From positions 1-58,838 of the IMG/VR virus record IMGVR_UViG_3300036779_000075: a stretch of 58,838 nt of DNA, one strand, 5' to 3'. Below the pieces are notes generated by a model. It did not search any database and was not told the DNA's origin. It saw only the letters and a list, made by a program, of their open reading frames with translations. Origin of the DNA: a virus. Lineage: Duplodnaviria; Caudoviricetes. Made by a program: the position numbers and the translations under genes. Of this stretch, positions 55,265 through 58,838 are shown one piece after another; position 1 is the stretch's first letter, and every line of letters begins with the position of its first letter.

Positions 55265-55557
55265 TCCTCTTCAGCTTTGCGCTCGACCTCGATGACCTGC
55301 CCAAGCCGTTCAAGATCGACATAGCTGGGCGCGGCGGGGGCGTCTGCGTGAACATCAGCCTGGAGAGCGCCGAAGACGCGCTCGCCTACGCCAAGGCGCT
55401 CGGCGCGGCAATCGAGGACATCACGGACGACGAGCGGCCGATGAGCGGCCACTTCGCGATGCACTCGGTATCCGCGACCAAGAGGGACCCCGGCCTGACG
55501 ATCTTCCTCGCGGGATCGACGGTCGTGGACCTCGACGCTCAGGCGGTCCCGGCATGA
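55261..55557 (+). CDS. hypothetical protein
   Basis: GTGA/ATGA coupling. Confidence 0.6.
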   Translation: MILFSFALDLDDLPKPFKIDIAGRGGGVCVNISLESAEDALAYAKALGAAIEDITDDERPMSGHFAMHSVSATKRDPGLTIFLAGSTVVDLDAQAVPA

Positions 55558-56429
55558 CGACCCTCGACGAGACCCGCACCGTCATCACCGAGCCTGGCGT
55601 GTATGAGATGCCTGCCGAGGTTTACCACGCGGATCCGATCCCCGGCGGCTCGCTGTCCTCGTCCGGCGCGCGGCGCCTGCTGCCGCCCTCCTGCCCGGCG
55701 CTGTTCCGCTACGAGCAGGTGCACGGCCGCAAGCCGCGCCGGGTGTTCGAGATCGGGCACGCCGCCCACGCCCTCGTGCTCGGCACCGGCCCGGAGCTGG
55801 TGAAGGTCGACGCCGACTCATGGCGCACCAATGCCGCGAAGGACGCCGCAGCACAGGCCCGCGAACGCGGCGCGGTTCCGCTGCTGCCCGACGAGTACGC
55901 CGAGATCCACGCGATGGCCGAGGCTCTGCGCGCGCACCCGGTGGCGCGGGCGCTGTTCGACCCGAACTACGGCAGCGCGGAGCAGGCCCTGGTGTGGCGC
56001 GACGAGCGGGCCGGGATCTGGCGGCGGGCGATGCTCGACTGGCTGCCCGACGCGGGCGGCGGCCGACTGATCGTGCCGGACTACAAGACCACGACGTGCG
56101 CGGAGCCCGCCGAGCTGTCCAAGACGGTGCACAAGTGGGGCTATCACCAGCAGCACGCCTGGTACGTGGACGGCGCGCAGGCTCTAGGGCTCGGCGATCA
56201 GGACGCGGCGTTCGTGTTCGTGTTCCAGGAGAAGACCGCGCCGTACCTGGTGACGGTCATCGAGTTGGACGCGTTGGCGCTGCGCATTGGCCGGGAGCTG
56301 AACCGGCAGGCCATCGACCTGTTCGCGCAGTGCTCCGCCTCGGGCGTGTGGCCCGGCTACTCAGACGAAGTCGAATCTGTGCCGCTGCCCGTGTGGGTCG
56401 AGCGCGCCTATGAGCGGGGCGAACTGTGA
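55554..56429 (+). CDS. RecE/exonuclease VIII-like PD-(D/E)xK nuclease
   Basis: YHAD..LSSS, G.AAH..VL, RAMLD, DYKTT, YHQQ.AWY, FVFQEK.APY. Confidence 0.9.
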   Translation: MTTLDETRTVITEPGVYEMPAEVYHADPIPGGSLSSSGARRLLPPSCPALFRYEQVHGRKPRRVFEIGHAAHALVLGTGPELVKVDADSWRTNAAKDAAAQARERGAVPLLPDEYAEIHAMAEALRAHPVARALFDPNYGSAEQALVWRDERAGIWRRAMLDWLPDAGGGRLIVPDYKTTTCAEPAELSKTVHKWGYHQQHAWYVDGAQALGLGDQDAAFVFVFQEKTAPYLVTVIELDALALRIGRELNRQAIDLFAQCSASGVWPGYSDEVESVPLPVWVERAYERGEL

Positions 56430-56830
56430 GAGCCCCGTGGGTCGACCCCGTAAAGACCACTATCCGCACGATCGACGAACTGCTCGGCGCGCTTCCCGAA
56501 GAGGTCGGCGACCAGATCCACACGGGCATGTTCGAAGACGACGCGAAGACGGCGGCAGCGCTGCGCGTACTCGCAATCGTGCACGACAGGTCCTGGTACG
56601 ACGCTGTCGGTCCGGTCGGCATCGACTGGGCGCCGATCCTCTCCCGTGCGCGGCTGCGTCCCGGTGGCCCGGACAACTCCGACCGGTGCTGCTACGAGAT
56701 CGCCGCCTCGCTCGCCGGGCATCCCGGCGCCCACGTGCAACTGCGCTACGCGGCGACCGTGATGCCGCGTCACACCTATCTCGCGGTGCTTGACGCGCTG
56801 CGCATCGCCGTCGAAGGAGTCGCACCATGA
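56426..56830 (+). CDS. hypothetical protein
   Basis: Coupled between the RecE- and RecT-like genes. Confidence 0.65.
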   Translation: MRAPWVDPVKTTIRTIDELLGALPEEVGDQIHTGMFEDDAKTAAALRVLAIVHDRSWYDAVGPVGIDWAPILSRARLRPGGPDNSDRCCYEIAASLAGHPGAHVQLRYAATVMPRHTYLAVLDALRIAVEGVAP

Positions 56831-57807
56831 CCGTCACCGACCAGCAGAACAACGGGATGCCGGCGGTCGCGCTTCCCTCCCGCATCGGGCAGGCCACTGC
56901 CGTCGAGCAGTCCCGCGCGGTCGCCGAGGTGCAGGCCGCGATCGTGGTGGCGCAGCAGTGCCCGCGCAACATCGGCAGCGCGCGCACCGACATGCAGCTG
57001 TCCTGCCAGCAGCGAGCCCTCGCTGAGCGCGCGTTCTACCGGTTCCCGCGCGGCGGCAAGGCGGTGTCCGGCGCGACCGTGCACCTGGCCCGCGAACTGG
57101 CGCGCTGCTGGGGCAACGTCCAGTACGGCGTCAACGAGTTGCGCCGCGACGACTCCTATGGCGAGTCCGAGCTGACCGCCTGGGCGTGGGACGTGCAGAC
57201 CAACACCCGCTCGTCGCAGGTTTTCATCGTCCCTCACCGCCGCGACGCGGGCGGCAAGCAGGACCGGCTGGTCGACCTGCGGGACATCTACGAGAACAAC
57301 GCGAACAACGGCGCGCGGCGGCTGCGCGAGGCGATCTTCAGCATCCTTCCGCCGTGGTTCGTGGAGGAAGCCAAGGAGATCTGCACGCAGGCCATCGCGA
57401 AGGGCGACGGGCGCCCGCTGGAGGAGCGCATCGACGGCGCCGTGGCCGTGTTCGAGGCCATGGGCGTCACCGCCGACCGGCTGGAGCAGAAGCTGCTGCG
57501 CCCGCGCGGCAAGTGGACGGCGCACGACCTCGCCCAGCTGCTGGTCACGCACAAGAGCCTTCAGCGCGGCGAGATCACGATCGATGAGGAGTTCCCGCAG
57601 CCGCGGGTGACGGCCTCGGAGATCCTGACCGCACCCAAGGGCGCCGCGCAGCAGCCGCGCGACACCGTCAAGGCCGACTCCCCTCAGCAGCAGCCGCTCA
57701 CGGCGCTGGCGCACACCGGGCCGCACGACGAGTCGGGCTACTCCCCCGAGTGTGAGGCGTGCTCGGCCGACCAGGCGTACGAGGACCGGCAGGCGGCCGA
57801 GTCGTGA
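56827..57807 (+). CDS. Single-strand annealing (RecT-like) protein
   Basis: AEVQAA...PR, FYRFPRGG..VSG.TVHLARELARCWGN; paired with RecE-like gene. Confidence 0.7.
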   Translation: MTVTDQQNNGMPAVALPSRIGQATAVEQSRAVAEVQAAIVVAQQCPRNIGSARTDMQLSCQQRALAERAFYRFPRGGKAVSGATVHLARELARCWGNVQYGVNELRRDDSYGESELTAWAWDVQTNTRSSQVFIVPHRRDAGGKQDRLVDLRDIYENNANNGARRLREAIFSILPPWFVEEAKEICTQAIAKGDGRPLEERIDGAVAVFEAMGVTADRLEQKLLRPRGKWTAHDLAQLLVTHKSLQRGEITIDEEFPQPRVTASEILTAPKGAAQQPRDTVKADSPQQQPLTALAHTGPHDESGYSPECEACSADQAYEDRQAAES

Positions 57808-57959
57808 TCGCTGCCCTGCGTCTGACGGCCGCCGAGCACACCGTGCTGGTCATCGTCGCGATCTGGATCGTCGTCTCGGTCGTTCTCGCCCTGCTGGCCG
57901 ACGCGTTCATCCGCGCCGGCCGCGGCCCCGGTCGGGACGTGGACGATCGCGATGCCTAG
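57804..57959 (+). CDS. small single-TM protein
   Basis: VLVIVAIWIVVSVVLALL. Confidence 0.65.
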   Translation: MIAALRLTAAEHTVLVIVAIWIVVSVVLALLADAFIRAGRGPGRDVDDRDA

Positions 57960-58269
57960 GCGCCACCAGCCGGGCGGGGACCTGGAGCGCGGCATGCCCC
58001 GGCGCACGGTCGTCGCCCGCAACCCGGACGTGACCGCGACGTGCCCGGAGCCGGGCTGCGGCGAACCGGACGCCGGGTCGATCGCCGAGGCGCCCGGGCT
58101 GCCCCGGCCACGCGTCCCGGACGGCTGGATCTACGTAATCGTGCGCTCGTCCGCGCTGCCGGGCCGCTAGTTCTGCTCGGCGCCGTGCGCGGCCGTCGGC
58201 ATCGCACTCGCGCAACTGCGGCCTGGCGCCGCTCCCCCGAAACCTACGACTTCGAAGGACCCGACATGA
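57952..58269 (+). pseudogene. Zn-finger protein interrupted by in-frame TAG (58168-58170)
   Basis: CPEPGC...GW...PGR*FCSAPCA; read-through frame ends in ATGA overlap with the next gene. Confidence 0.6.
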
Positions 58270-58838
58270 CGACCTCCGAACTGCGCACCCTCGACCTGGA
58301 CTCGCTCGTCCTGGCCAGTGGCGGCCACTCCGACTCGAAGGACGAGTTCTGCCTACTGGAGGCCGCCGCCTATGTGGCCGGCGAGCCGTGGTCCGACCAC
58401 CCGCAGTGCGTGTGCCCGACGCTCGGCGCGTTCGGCCGCGCGCTGAACGACCGGCTGCCCGACGGCAAGCGGCAGCTGCTCAAGCCGCTGATCCCGGAGC
58501 TGATCGGCACGAAGGATGACGGACGCCGTGAAGCGCGCGGCTACATGGCGCTGGACTGGCTGATCCGCACGTACACCCCCGCGTTCCTGGCGCTGACGGC
58601 GCGGATCGATCCGGAGGTAGTCGAGCGTGTGCGATCGCTGCCGCCGATCGTGGACATGGCGACGGCGCGAGCCGCAGGCGTGGTGGTGAAGGAGGCGCGG
58701 GAGAAGGCCGCCGCTGCCTACGACGCTGCCGACGCCGCTGCCTACGACGCTGCCTACGACGCTGCCCGCGCCGCTGCCTACGCCGCTGCCTACGACGCTG
58801 CCGACGCCGCTGCCCGCGCCGCTGCCGACGCCGCTGCC
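58266..58838 (+). CDS. 5' part of Ala-rich repeat protein
   Basis: GAAGGA RBS; [24 protein letters not shown]...ALND; enters the AAYDAA repeat and runs off the window. Confidence 0.88.
   Translation, partial: MTTSELRTLDLDSLVLASGGHSDSKDEFCLLEAAAYVAGEPWSDHPQCVCPTLGAFGRALNDRLPDGKRQLLKPLIPELIGTKDDGRREARGYMALDWLIRTYTPAFLALTARIDPEVVERVRSLPPIVDMATARAAGVVVKEAREKAAAAYDAADAAAYDAAYDAARAAAYAAAYDAADAAARAAADAAA

Noticed and set aside
58168-58170. Genome-wide stop-codon reassignment
   Set aside because: TAG terminates several clearly complete genes (terL, endolysin, Cre-like); only one interrupted case was seen.

Overview
High-GC actinobacterial temperate siphovirus genome that appears essentially complete and circularly permuted: both ends lie in the same Ala-rich repeat gene, and nt 13-127 are identical to nt 58724-58838. 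Modules in order: early/replication genes (HNH, Rep1 with internal iterons, DnaB, C5 methyltransferase, RusA, a YhhQ/VUT transporter plus a TGT/DpdA-like enzyme); terminases; an insert between terL and portal carrying two antisense tRNA-Ser genes; HK97-type head; tail (with -1 frameshift chaperone, tape measure, beta-helix spike); lysis; integration/immunity (intact attP, tyrosine integrase, repressor/Cro, Xis, RecE/RecT-like). The standout is a ~9 kb block (41.6-50.8 kb) between lysis and attP that looks like an actinomycete conjugative plasmid/AICE core. It has a second Rep with its own iterons, a KorSA-like GntR, Xis, DUF2637/Spd-like membrane genes, an FtsK-family TraB with clt-like 8-bp repeats, and a Cre-like recombinase next to a loxP-like 14-8-14 site. 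This suggests a phage that can also replicate as a plasmid and transfer by TraB conjugation. All family assignments come from motif recognition by eye; no searches were run.
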